DNA from: Escherichia phage BYEP01
Direction: 5' to 3' (one strand)
Sequence record: OR757453.1
DNA: 64,000 bases
Positions within the stretch are counted from its first letter, which is position 1; every line of letters starts with the position of its first letter. The position numbers and the translations under genes were made by a program. Below are positions 11,696 through 19,273 of the stretch, in pieces. The notes below the pieces were generated by a model that searched no databases, was not told where the DNA came from, and worked only from the letters and a program-made list of their open reading frames with translations.

Positions 11696-12034
11696 ATGAT
11701 GAATTTAACTGATATAATTGATAATTGTCTTGAAAATGATACTGGCGATCATAGAGCGCTTGATTCTGAAACAGCACAGTTCATTAGAATAACTTTAATG
11801 AATGATACTCTAGTGAATAGTATTCATCCTTCTGTGTATGATGCTATTATTGTGACGAAGTATCCAGTTGAGCTTCACAAAAAGATGGTTGGTGCAATTT
11901 TTATTGATAAGAAAAACCGCTTTAAAGATGGGCAGAATATAATTAGTTCTGTTATTAAAAGTATAACTAAACTTCGTCACGAAATTTATCGTGTTGAAAC
12001 TGCTAAATCTGCTTATCTGGTGATTATGAAATGA
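11696..12034 (+). CDS. hypothetical protein
   Basis: 112-aa ORF overlapping cd start. Confidence 0.4.
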   Translation: MMNLTDIIDNCLENDTGDHRALDSETAQFIRITLMNDTLVNSIHPSVYDAIIVTKYPVELHKKMVGAIFIDKKNRFKDGQNIISSVIKSITKLRHEIYRVETAKSAYLVIMK

Positions 12035-12612
12035 AAGCGAGTACAGTACTTCAAATTGCATATTTAGTATCACAAGAATCCAAATGTTGCTCCTGGAAGG
12101 TAGGAGCAGTAATTGAAAAGAATGGACGTATTATTTCTACCGGATATAATGGTTCACCTGCAGGTGGTGTGAACTGCTGTGATTATGCTGCTGAGCAAGG
12201 TTGGTTGCTGAATAAGCCTAAACATACTATCATTCAAGGTCATAAGCCTGAATGTGTATCGTTTGGTTCAACTGATCGTTTTGTTTTGGCGAAAGAACAC
12301 CGTAGTGCTCACTCTGAATGGTCGTCTAAAAATGAAATTCATGCTGAACTAAATGCGATTTTGTTTGCTGCGCGAAATGGTTCTTCAATTGAAGGTGCTA
12401 CTATGTATGTAACACTTTCTCCTTGCCCAGATTGTGCAAAAGCGATAGCTCAATCTGGAATTAAAAAGTTGGTTTATTGCGAAACATACGATAAAAATAA
12501 ACCTGGCTGGGATGATATTCTGCGAAATGCGGGTATTGAAGTGTTTAATGTTCCTAAGAAAAACTTGAATAAGTTAAACTGGGAAAATATCAACGAATTC
12601 TGTGGTGAATAA
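12031..12612 (+). CDS. cd: dCMP deaminase
   Basis: 193 aa; cytidine/deoxycytidylate deaminase zinc motifs (HAE...PCxxC). Confidence 0.9.
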   Translation: MKASTVLQIAYLVSQESKCCSWKVGAVIEKNGRIISTGYNGSPAGGVNCCDYAAEQGWLLNKPKHTIIQGHKPECVSFGSTDRFVLAKEHRSAHSEWSSKNEIHAELNAILFAARNGSSIEGATMYVTLSPCPDCAKAIAQSGIKKLVYCETYDKNKPGWDDILRNAGIEVFNVPKKNLNKLNWENINEFCGE

Positions 12613-12848
12613 TGAAATTTCGTTTGGTACAGCTCACAGCAATTAGTTCTTATTCCAACGAGAATATTTCATTTGCTGTAGAGTATAAGAAGTATTTTTT
12701 CTCTAAATGGAAGCAGTATTATAAGTCAAACTGGGTTTGTATTGATAGACCGCATAGTTGGAAATCTGATTTAGAAAAATGCCAAAAATTGCTTTCCACT
12801 CTTAAAGAACGTGGAACAACCCATATTAAAACTGTGATAGGTAAATAA
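12612..12848 (+). CDS. hypothetical small protein
   Basis: 78-aa ORF. Confidence 0.35.
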   Translation: MKFRLVQLTAISSYSNENISFAVEYKKYFFSKWKQYYKSNWVCIDRPHSWKSDLEKCQKLLSTLKERGTTHIKTVIGK

Positions 12849-13157
12849 ATGAAACTGACGACTGAACAAAAAGTAGCAATTCGTGAAATTTTGAAAACTA
12901 AATTGTCCATGGGTATTTCAAACGTGGTTTTTGAAAAGTCTGATGGTACTATTCGTACCATGAAAGGCACTCGTGATGCAGACTTTATGCCAACCATGCA
13001 AACTGGTAAATTGACTGAATCTACTCGGAAAGAATCTACTGATATGATTCCAGTATTTGATGTTGAGCTTGGTGCATGGCGAGGTTTTTCTATTGACAAA
13101 TTGATTTCCGTTAATGGTATGAAAGTTGAGCATTTGCTTCAATTTATTGGTAAATAA
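12849..13157 (+). CDS. hypothetical protein
   Basis: 102-aa ORF. Confidence 0.4.
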   Translation: MKLTTEQKVAIREILKTKLSMGISNVVFEKSDGTIRTMKGTRDADFMPTMQTGKLTESTRKESTDMIPVFDVELGAWRGFSIDKLISVNGMKVEHLLQFIGK

Positions 13158-13213
13158 ATGCTTTAAGAATTATTTGTTATTATTAATTTATCTGTTAACA
13201 AAAAGGAAAAACG

Positions 13214-13549
13214 ATGTCTGAAGTACAACAGCTACCAATTCGTGCTGTCGGTGAATATGTTATTTTAGTTTCTGAACCTGCACAAGCCGGTGATGAAGAA
13301 GTTACAGAATCAGGACTTATTATCGGTAAACGCGTTCAAGGTGAAGTTCCTGAACTGTGTGTAATTCACTCTGTCGGTCCTGATGTTCCTGAAGGTTTTT
13401 GTGAAGTTGGTGATTTGACTTCTCTTCCAGTTGGTCAAATTCGAAATGTTCCGCATCCTTTTGTAGCTCTGGGTCTTAAGCAGCCAAAAGAAATTAAACA
13501 AAAATTTGTTACCTGTCACTATAAAGCTATTCCGTGTCTTTATAAGTGA
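13214..13549 (+). CDS. 31: co-chaperonin for GroEL (GroES-like), gene 31 product
   Basis: 111 aa; matches T4 gp31 from memory. Confidence 0.88.
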   Translation: MSEVQQLPIRAVGEYVILVSEPAQAGDEEVTESGLIIGKRVQGEVPELCVIHSVGPDVPEGFCEVGDLTSLPVGQIRNVPHPFVALGLKQPKEIKQKFVTCHYKAIPCLYK

Positions 13550-13557
13550 TATAAATA
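13550..13557 (+). promoter_or_regulatory. late promoter-like TATAAATA
   Basis: Exact TATAAATA octamer immediately after gene 31. Confidence 0.35.
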
Positions 13558-13696
13558 ATAATATGAATTGGGTGTCGGAATAATAAGTTAACCGAACAAT
13601 TCTATGTGGTAGTCTACAACTGAGAGATCTGTCGAAAGAAGATGAAATTCAGAAGAACGTGACTACCGAGTTTTAATCTCTAACGAGAATTTTTAA

Positions 13697-13945
13697 ATGA
13701 TTAAACAATTACAACACGCTCTTGAACTGCAACGAAACGCATGGAATAATGGTCACGAAAACTATGGCGCATCTATTGATGTTGAAGCCGAAGCTCTTGA
13801 AATCCTGCGTTATTTCAAACATCTGAATCCTGCTCAAACTGCATTAGCTGCTGAGCTTCAGGAAAAAGATGAACTTAAATATGCTAAGCCTTTGGCTTCT
13901 GCTGCACGAAAAGCAGTTCGTCACTTTGTGGTAACACTGAAGTAA
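13697..13945 (+). CDS. rIII: rIII lysis-inhibition accessory protein
   Basis: 82 aa; matches T4 rIII from memory and position between 31 and 30.x genes. Confidence 0.8.
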   Translation: MIKQLQHALELQRNAWNNGHENYGASIDVEAEALEILRYFKHLNPAQTALAAELQEKDELKYAKPLASAARKAVRHFVVTLK

Positions 13946-14190
13946 TTTACTGGAGATTCACTGCCTTAGTGTGAGCTAAAATCGAGGAGCCGTCGAACTG
14001 TCTGATTAATGATTTGCGAATCATTATAGTTTTAAGACCCCGGCAGTTTTACGGTGTACCTCTTGAATGTGAATGATGACGGGTTTATGGTTATCCTGGT
14101 CGTTAAATATCCAAAAACCTATGTTCCCCTTGAGGGCTTGCGCAGGCAATGCCAATAAGTCCTGCATTTTCATTTAAAAGAGAATTTATA

Positions 14191-14367
14191 ATGGCAAAAC
14201 AAGCTAAAGCAAAGAAAGCAGTTGAAAAGAAAGTTGGTGATTCTAAACGCGCTGGCTACAAGCGTGGGTCGAACTCTCGTATCAATCAAACTGTTGAGAA
14301 GATCATGCGCCGAGCACGTGCGGTTCTTCGAGATGATGCTTCTCGTTTTGGTAAGCAGAAAGCATAA
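14191..14367 (+). CDS. small basic hypothetical protein (lysine/arginine-rich)
   Basis: MAKQAKAKKAVEKKVG... ORF; start codon choice uncertain (alternative ATG at 14149). Confidence 0.4.
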   Translation: MAKQAKAKKAVEKKVGDSKRAGYKRGSNSRINQTVEKIMRRARAVLRDDASRFGKQKA

Positions 14368-14371
14368 GTTA

Positions 14372-14398
14372 AGGACTCCCGAAGGAGTCCTTTTTTAT
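14372..14398 (+). terminator. rho-independent terminator
   Basis: aggactcc-cgaa-ggagtcct hairpin followed by tttttt. Confidence 0.7.
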
Positions 14399-14420
14399 TT
14401 TCCAAAGATTGCACAAAGTT

Positions 14421-14450
14421 GTTTACAGTATGGTTCCTTTGTGATAGTAT
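14421..14450 (+). promoter_or_regulatory. T4 early-type promoter candidate
   Basis: GTTTAC 14421-14426, 18-nt spacer, TG-a-TAGTAT. Confidence 0.5.
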
Positions 14451-14477
14451 TATCTTACACAAACAAAGGAGAATAAA

Positions 14478-14810
14478 ATGAAAACGATTAATCTGAACGC
14501 CACAGTTAAAACTAAATGCTTCAATGGTAAATATGATGAAACTATGTGGTTCTTAATGGCAGTTGAAGGTGATATTATTGAAGTAGAAACAACAGAAGGT
14601 ATGGGAACAGATTTCACCTTTACAATTCAAGTTCATAATTTCTTTACTGGTTGGATTTATGAATTGAATACAGTAATCGTTGGAAAAATTGAACAAAATG
14701 AATTAGGCGAATGGTATTATGTTACAGCTCGCCAACGTGCCGAACGCTTAATTAAGAAGATGAAAAAAGTTGGTAAACTTGACATGCAGCATTGGAAAGT
14801 AGTAAAATAA
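14478..14810 (+). CDS. hypothetical protein
   Basis: 110-aa ORF with good SD (aaggag) 7 nt upstream. Confidence 0.45.
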   Translation: MKTINLNATVKTKCFNGKYDETMWFLMAVEGDIIEVETTEGMGTDFTFTIQVHNFFTGWIYELNTVIVGKIEQNELGEWYYVTARQRAERLIKKMKKVGKLDMQHWKVVK

Positions 14811-14812
14811 TT

Positions 14813-14841
14813 GTTTACTTTGGTACAGGATATGATATTAT
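14813..14841 (+). promoter_or_regulatory. T4 early-type promoter candidate
   Basis: GTTTAC 14813-14818, 17-nt spacer, TG-a-TATTAT 14836-14841; ggtacagg/cctgtacc inverted repeat. Confidence 0.5.
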
Positions 14842-14877
14842 ATACCTGTACCGTAATTAAACATCTTGGAGAATAAA

Positions 14878-15243
14878 ATGAACTACATTAACTTTGAACG
14901 TAAATATGTTTCTAATGGTATTGCAGGTTCTATTGATACTATTTGCCTTTGGAAACATCAAAACGGATCAGTATGCGAAATCGATCAGTATATGACTCCT
15001 AACTACGTTTATATGCGATTTGAAAATGGCATCACGGTTTCAATCACGATGGAAGGTTCCAACTTCAAAATCGCTCTGGATGATGATTTCCGTCAACGCG
15101 ATTTAGGGACTCATCCTTGCTGGAATGGTGCTAATCGTAAACTCTTAGTTAAAACTTGGATTCGTCATATTCTGAGTAACAGAGCTAAACCTGAGCATCT
15201 TGAAGCAATCTTTGATGTAGTTCTTAACGAATTTGATATTTAA
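14878..15243 (+). CDS. hypothetical protein
   Basis: 121-aa ORF, GGAG SD upstream. Confidence 0.45.
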   Translation: MNYINFERKYVSNGIAGSIDTICLWKHQNGSVCEIDQYMTPNYVYMRFENGITVSITMEGSNFKIALDDDFRQRDLGTHPCWNGANRKLLVKTWIRHILSNRAKPEHLEAIFDVVLNEFDI

Positions 15244-15252
15244 AATAAAAAT

Positions 15253-15270
15253 GAGGGGCTTCGGCCCCTA
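15253..15270 (+). terminator. terminator-like hairpin
   Basis: gaggggcttcggcccc stem-loop; no strong T-run. Confidence 0.35.
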
Positions 15271-15284
15271 TTGAGGAAAATATT

Positions 15285-15572
15285 ATGTTTATGACTACTT
15301 ATTTTGATACCCGCAAAAATTTCTGTGAAGTTGTTTTCTCTAAGGCGCCTAAAGACCTTCCTGCACATTTGCAACCTACTAGCGAATCGATTAAAAACTA
15401 CGTTGATGTGGTTTGTCCTTTAGAGTTTCGTACTGTAAATGGGCGCGATACTTTAGCTATCACTAAACTCAATCGTGAAATTGACATTGACCCTTCAATT
15501 GCGCGCGAAATTAATATCTCTGATATTGGTGGCGGTAATGTTAAATCGCACGGTTTTCAGATGAGGTTCTAA
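15285..15572 (+). CDS. hypothetical protein
   Basis: 95-aa ORF. Confidence 0.4.
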   Translation: MFMTTYFDTRKNFCEVVFSKAPKDLPAHLQPTSESIKNYVDVVCPLEFRTVNGRDTLAITKLNREIDIDPSIAREINISDIGGGNVKSHGFQMRF

Positions 15573-15769
15573 TGAAATTCTTTTTAGGTCAAACTGTTGA
15601 ATTAAAGGGAGTTGGTATACCTGGATTAATTTCTAAGGTTCTACCTCCATTTAAATGGAGTGGTATTCAAATAAAAGAGGCTTATATTGTTTCCTGGGTA
15701 GATGGAAATGAAGACCTTCGTATGGGTGATGAATTATCTCCTATCTACGGATTAAAGGAATTAGTATGA
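15572..15769 (+). CDS. hypothetical small protein
   Basis: 65-aa ORF, overlapping stops/starts. Confidence 0.35.
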   Translation: MKFFLGQTVELKGVGIPGLISKVLPPFKWSGIQIKEAYIVSWVDGNEDLRMGDELSPIYGLKELV

Positions 15770-15972
15770 ATATAATTAATAAGATTTTTGGAATTCAGTA
15801 CATTAAGGTCACATATAAAGTAACAGATAAAAATCCATATACTGATGAACATGAAGAACCACGAGTTGAGTCTATTATATTAGAAAAGGACCCTAACTGG
15901 CCAGTTGAATTTCGTCTTCCTTGCTATGGTCATTGGGCTGATGTTGAAATTATAAGCATTGAAAATGTCTGA
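15766..15972 (+). CDS. hypothetical small protein
   Basis: 68-aa ORF. Confidence 0.35.
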   Translation: MNIINKIFGIQYIKVTYKVTDKNPYTDEHEEPRVESIILEKDPNWPVEFRLPCYGHWADVEIISIENV

Positions 15973-16423
15973 GTTAGAGATTAGAAGCAATTTTAGGTGG
16001 CCATCATGTGCATTAAGTAATTTCGCCCAATGGCCTTTCGTTATGGATGGTATTCAATTTGGAGGTCTTGAAGGATTCCTCCAAGGATGCAAGGTGAAAA
16101 ACGTTGAACAACAACGTCGTATATTTGGGTTATCTGGGCTTGCCGCTCAACAAGCTGGAAGGTCTTATGCTAGAGCTCAGGACCGTGGGACCCTCTTCTG
16201 GCTTGGAGTTCCGTTTTCAAGATACTCCCCGGCGTGGAAAGAATTATACACAAATGCATATTTTGAAGCAGCGTTCCAAAACAAGGGTTTTCGCGATGCA
16301 TTACAAGCCTCGAAAGGAAAAGTTTTGAAGCACAGCATGGCTAGTGGTCTAACAAAAGATGATACAATACTAACCGAAGCTGAATTTATTGATGTGTTAA
16401 ACCTATTAAGAGACTCTCTATGA
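15965..16423 (+). CDS. NADAR / YbiA-like (DUF1768) domain protein
   Basis: 152 aa; SNFAQWPFVMDG...GLEGFLQ segment resembles the YbiA/NADAR signature (SNFAxWP...DG). Confidence 0.55.
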   Translation: MSELEIRSNFRWPSCALSNFAQWPFVMDGIQFGGLEGFLQGCKVKNVEQQRRIFGLSGLAAQQAGRSYARAQDRGTLFWLGVPFSRYSPAWKELYTNAYFEAAFQNKGFRDALQASKGKVLKHSMASGLTKDDTILTEAEFIDVLNLLRDSL

Positions 16424-17307
16424 AGCCTACTATTTTAACTGATATTGATGGAGTATGTTTAAGCTGGCAATCAGGCCTTCCTTATTTTGCTCAGAAATAT
16501 AATCTTCCGTTAGAACATATTTTAAAAATGATCCAAGATGAGAAATTTATTTCTCCAGGTAAACTCTTTAATTGTGATGAAGAACTTGGCGTCAAGTTAA
16601 TTGAAAAATACAATCGTTCAGATTTTATTCGTTACTTGTCTCCGTATAAAGATGCCCTGTGTGTAATTAACAAATTAAAAGAAGATTATAATTTTGTAGC
16701 TGTTACAGCATTGGGTGATTCTATTGACGCTCTGTTGAATCGTCAATTTAATTTGAATGCTCTTTTTCCTGGTGCCTTCTCAGAAGTAATGATGTGTGGC
16801 CATGATTCTTCAAAAGAAGAGTTGTTTAAAAAGGCAAAAGAGAAATATAACGTAATTTGTTATATTGACGATCTCGCTCACCACTGTGACCACGCGAGTG
16901 AAATATTAAATGTTCCGGTTTATTGGATGGCTCGAGGAGAGCGTGACAATATTCCAAAAACTGCGCAGCGAGTTTATACATGGAATGATGTAGAAAATAA
17001 GCTTTTTTCACCAAAGGAAAATAAAGAAAGTTTTGATAGTGAAAAAGCTATAAAAGATGTAATTGAGAAGATGGTTAAAAACGATTCTTTTCGTTGGAAC
17101 ACTACCTGGAGAACTCCTGGATTTAATCCGTATAATCCATATTATACACATCCATATAATCCATATTATACACATCCATATAATCCATATTATACACACC
17201 CGTATCATATGAATCCATTCCATACGTGGAGTTATACCAAGCCTGGCGATGCAGGGTATTTTAATAGATTTACTAGTGGTGATAATATTTTCCAAGGAGC
17301 ATTCTAA
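16420..17307 (+). CDS. HAD-superfamily hydrolase-like protein with C-terminal NPYYTHPY tandem repeats
   Basis: 295 aa; N-terminal DIDGV (DxDG) HAD motif I; C-terminal three perfect 8-aa repeats. Confidence 0.5.
   Translation: MKPTILTDIDGVCLSWQSGLPYFAQKYNLPLEHILKMIQDEKFISPGKLFNCDEELGVKLIEKYNRSDFIRYLSPYKDALCVINKLKEDYNFVAVTALGDSIDALLNRQFNLNALFPGAFSEVMMCGHDSSKEELFKKAKEKYNVICYIDDLAHHCDHASEILNVPVYWMARGERDNIPKTAQRVYTWNDVENKLFSPKENKESFDSEKAIKDVIEKMVKNDSFRWNTTWRTPGFNPYNPYYTHPYNPYYTHPYNPYYTHPYHMNPFHTWSYTKPGDAGYFNRFTSGDNIFQGAF
17128..17199 (+). repeat. 3 x 24-nt perfect tandem repeat inside a CDS
   Basis: cc(g/a)tataatccatattatacaca(t/c) repeated three times head-to-tail, encoding PYNPYYTH x3. Confidence 0.9.
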
Positions 17308-17573
17308 TGTTTGTCGTTCACACTATTTATGAAAATGAAGGTAATACTACACGTGATTACGGTCACGTAAATCAATTTTTTAGATGCAATCCAGAATTCC
17401 GAGCTCAAAAAGACGAACGAATTTTTAAAAAATGTGTAGAGCAAGGTTTCATTTACGTCAAGCACTGGATGCAAGGAAATAAAGTTAGAACTACATATCA
17501 TAAGTCTTTGCCTGAGCTTAATGATGAATTGATTTATAATAGAGCTGTAAACCAAACTCTGAAGGATGAATAA
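17307..17573 (+). CDS. hypothetical protein
   Basis: 88-aa ORF abutting the DNA ligase start. Confidence 0.4.
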   Translation: MFVVHTIYENEGNTTRDYGHVNQFFRCNPEFRAQKDERIFKKCVEQGFIYVKHWMQGNKVRTTYHKSLPELNDELIYNRAVNQTLKDE

Positions 17574-19036
17574 TGATTCTTAAAATTCTGAATGAAATAG
17601 CATCTATTGGTTCAACTAAGCAGAAGCAAGCAATTCTTGAAAAGAATAAAGATAATGAATTGCTTAAACGAGTATATCGTCTGACTTATTCTCGTGGGTT
17701 GCAGTATTATATCAAGAAATGGCCTAAACCTGGTATTGCTACCCAGAGTTTTGGAATGCTGACCATTATCGATATGCTTGACTTCATTGAATTCACGTTA
17801 GCTACTCGGAAATTGACTGGAAATGCTGCAATTGAGGAATTGACTGGATATATCACCGATGGTAAAAAGGATGATGTTGAAGTTTTGCGTCGAGTTATGA
17901 TGCGAGACCTTGAATGCGGTGCTTCAGTATCTATTGCAAACAAAGTTTGGCCAGGTTTAATTCCTGAACAACCTCAAATGCTGGCAAGTTCTTATGATGA
18001 AAAAGGCATTAGTAAGAATATCAAGTTTCCAGCTTTTGCACAGTTAAAAGCAGATGGAGCTCGGTGTTTTGCTGAAGTCCGAGGTGATGAATTAGATGAT
18101 GTTCGTCTTTTATCACGAGCTGGTAATGAATATCTAGGATTAGATCTTCTTAAGGAAGAATTAATCAAAATGACTGCTGAAGCCCGCCAGATTCATCCAG
18201 AAGGTGTGTTAATTGATGGCGAATTGGTATACCATGAGCAAGTTAAAAAGGAACCAGAAGGACTAGATTTTCTTTTTGATGCTTATCCTGAAATTAGTAA
18301 AGCTAAAGAATTCGCCGAAGTAGCGGAATCTCGTACTACTTCTAATGGAATCGCCAATAAATCCTTAAAAGGAACCATTTCTGAAAAAGAAGCTCAATGT
18401 ATGAAGTTTCAGGTCTGGGATTATGTCCCGTTGGTAGAAATATACGGTCTTCCGGCGTTTCGTTTAAAATATGATGTACGTTTTTCTAAACTAGAACAAA
18501 TGACATCAGGATATGATAAAGTAATTTTAATTGAAAACCAGGTAGTAAATAACCTAGATGAAGCTAAGGTAATTTATAAAAAGTATATTGACCAAGGTCT
18601 TGAAGGTATTATTCTCAAAAATATCGATGGATTATGGGAAAATGCTCGTTCAAAAAATCTCTATAAATTTAAAGAAGTAATTGATGTTGATTTAAAAATT
18701 GTAGGAATTTATCCTCACCGTAAAGACCCTACTAAAGCAGGTGGATTTATTCTTGAGTCAGAGTGTGGAAAAATTAAGGTAAATGCTGGTTCAGGCTTAA
18801 AAGATAAAGCCGGTGTAAAATCGCATGAACTTGACCGTACTCGCATTATGGAAAACCAAAATTATTATATTGGAAAAATTCTAGAGTGCGAATGCAATGG
18901 TTGGTTAAAATCTGATGGCCGCACTGATTACGTTAAATTATTTCTTCCGATTGCGATTCGTTTACGTGAAGATAAAACTAAAGCTAATACGTTCGAAGAT
19001 GTATTTGGCGATTTTCATGAGGTAACTGGTCTATGA
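17573..19036 (+). CDS. 30: ATP-dependent DNA ligase (gene 30 product)
   Basis: 487 aa; ligase KxDG adenylation motif (QLKADGAR); matches T4 gp30 from memory. Confidence 0.92.
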   Translation: MILKILNEIASIGSTKQKQAILEKNKDNELLKRVYRLTYSRGLQYYIKKWPKPGIATQSFGMLTIIDMLDFIEFTLATRKLTGNAAIEELTGYITDGKKDDVEVLRRVMMRDLECGASVSIANKVWPGLIPEQPQMLASSYDEKGISKNIKFPAFAQLKADGARCFAEVRGDELDDVRLLSRAGNEYLGLDLLKEELIKMTAEARQIHPEGVLIDGELVYHEQVKKEPEGLDFLFDAYPEISKAKEFAEVAESRTTSNGIANKSLKGTISEKEAQCMKFQVWDYVPLVEIYGLPAFRLKYDVRFSKLEQMTSGYDKVILIENQVVNNLDEAKVIYKKYIDQGLEGIILKNIDGLWENARSKNLYKFKEVIDVDLKIVGIYPHRKDPTKAGGFILESECGKIKVNAGSGLKDKAGVKSHELDRTRIMENQNYYIGKILECECNGWLKSDGRTDYVKLFLPIAIRLREDKTKANTFEDVFGDFHEVTGL

Positions 19037-19221
19037 AAGCTTACTTAGAAACAATTGTCGTGGCTCAAAAAGAAGGTGGAGATGTTTCTACTTCTGTATC
19101 ACAAGTCATTCTCGAATTTGTAGATGCATACGCTTATAATAAATTTACAGAAACATTTGATGCTTATGAAAAAGGTCCAAAGTTTGAAATATATCGTACT
19201 CTCTTACCTATAGATTATTAA
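19033..19221 (+). CDS. hypothetical small protein
   Basis: 62-aa ORF overlapping ligase stop. Confidence 0.4.
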   Translation: MKAYLETIVVAQKEGGDVSTSVSQVILEFVDAYAYNKFTETFDAYEKGPKFEIYRTLLPIDY

Positions 19222-19240
19222 AGGCCTTCGGGCCTTTAAT
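19222..19240 (+). terminator. rho-independent terminator-like hairpin
   Basis: aaggccttcgggcctt stem-loop followed by T-rich run. Confidence 0.55.
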
Positions 19241-19242
19241 TT

Positions 19243-19250
19243 TATAAATA
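19243..19250 (+). promoter_or_regulatory. late promoter TATAAATA upstream of alt
   Basis: Exact TATAAATA ~24 nt upstream of the alt start; consistent with Alt being a late, virion-packaged protein. Confidence 0.55.
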
Positions 19251-19273
19251 GAATAAACACTAGAGAGGATATG

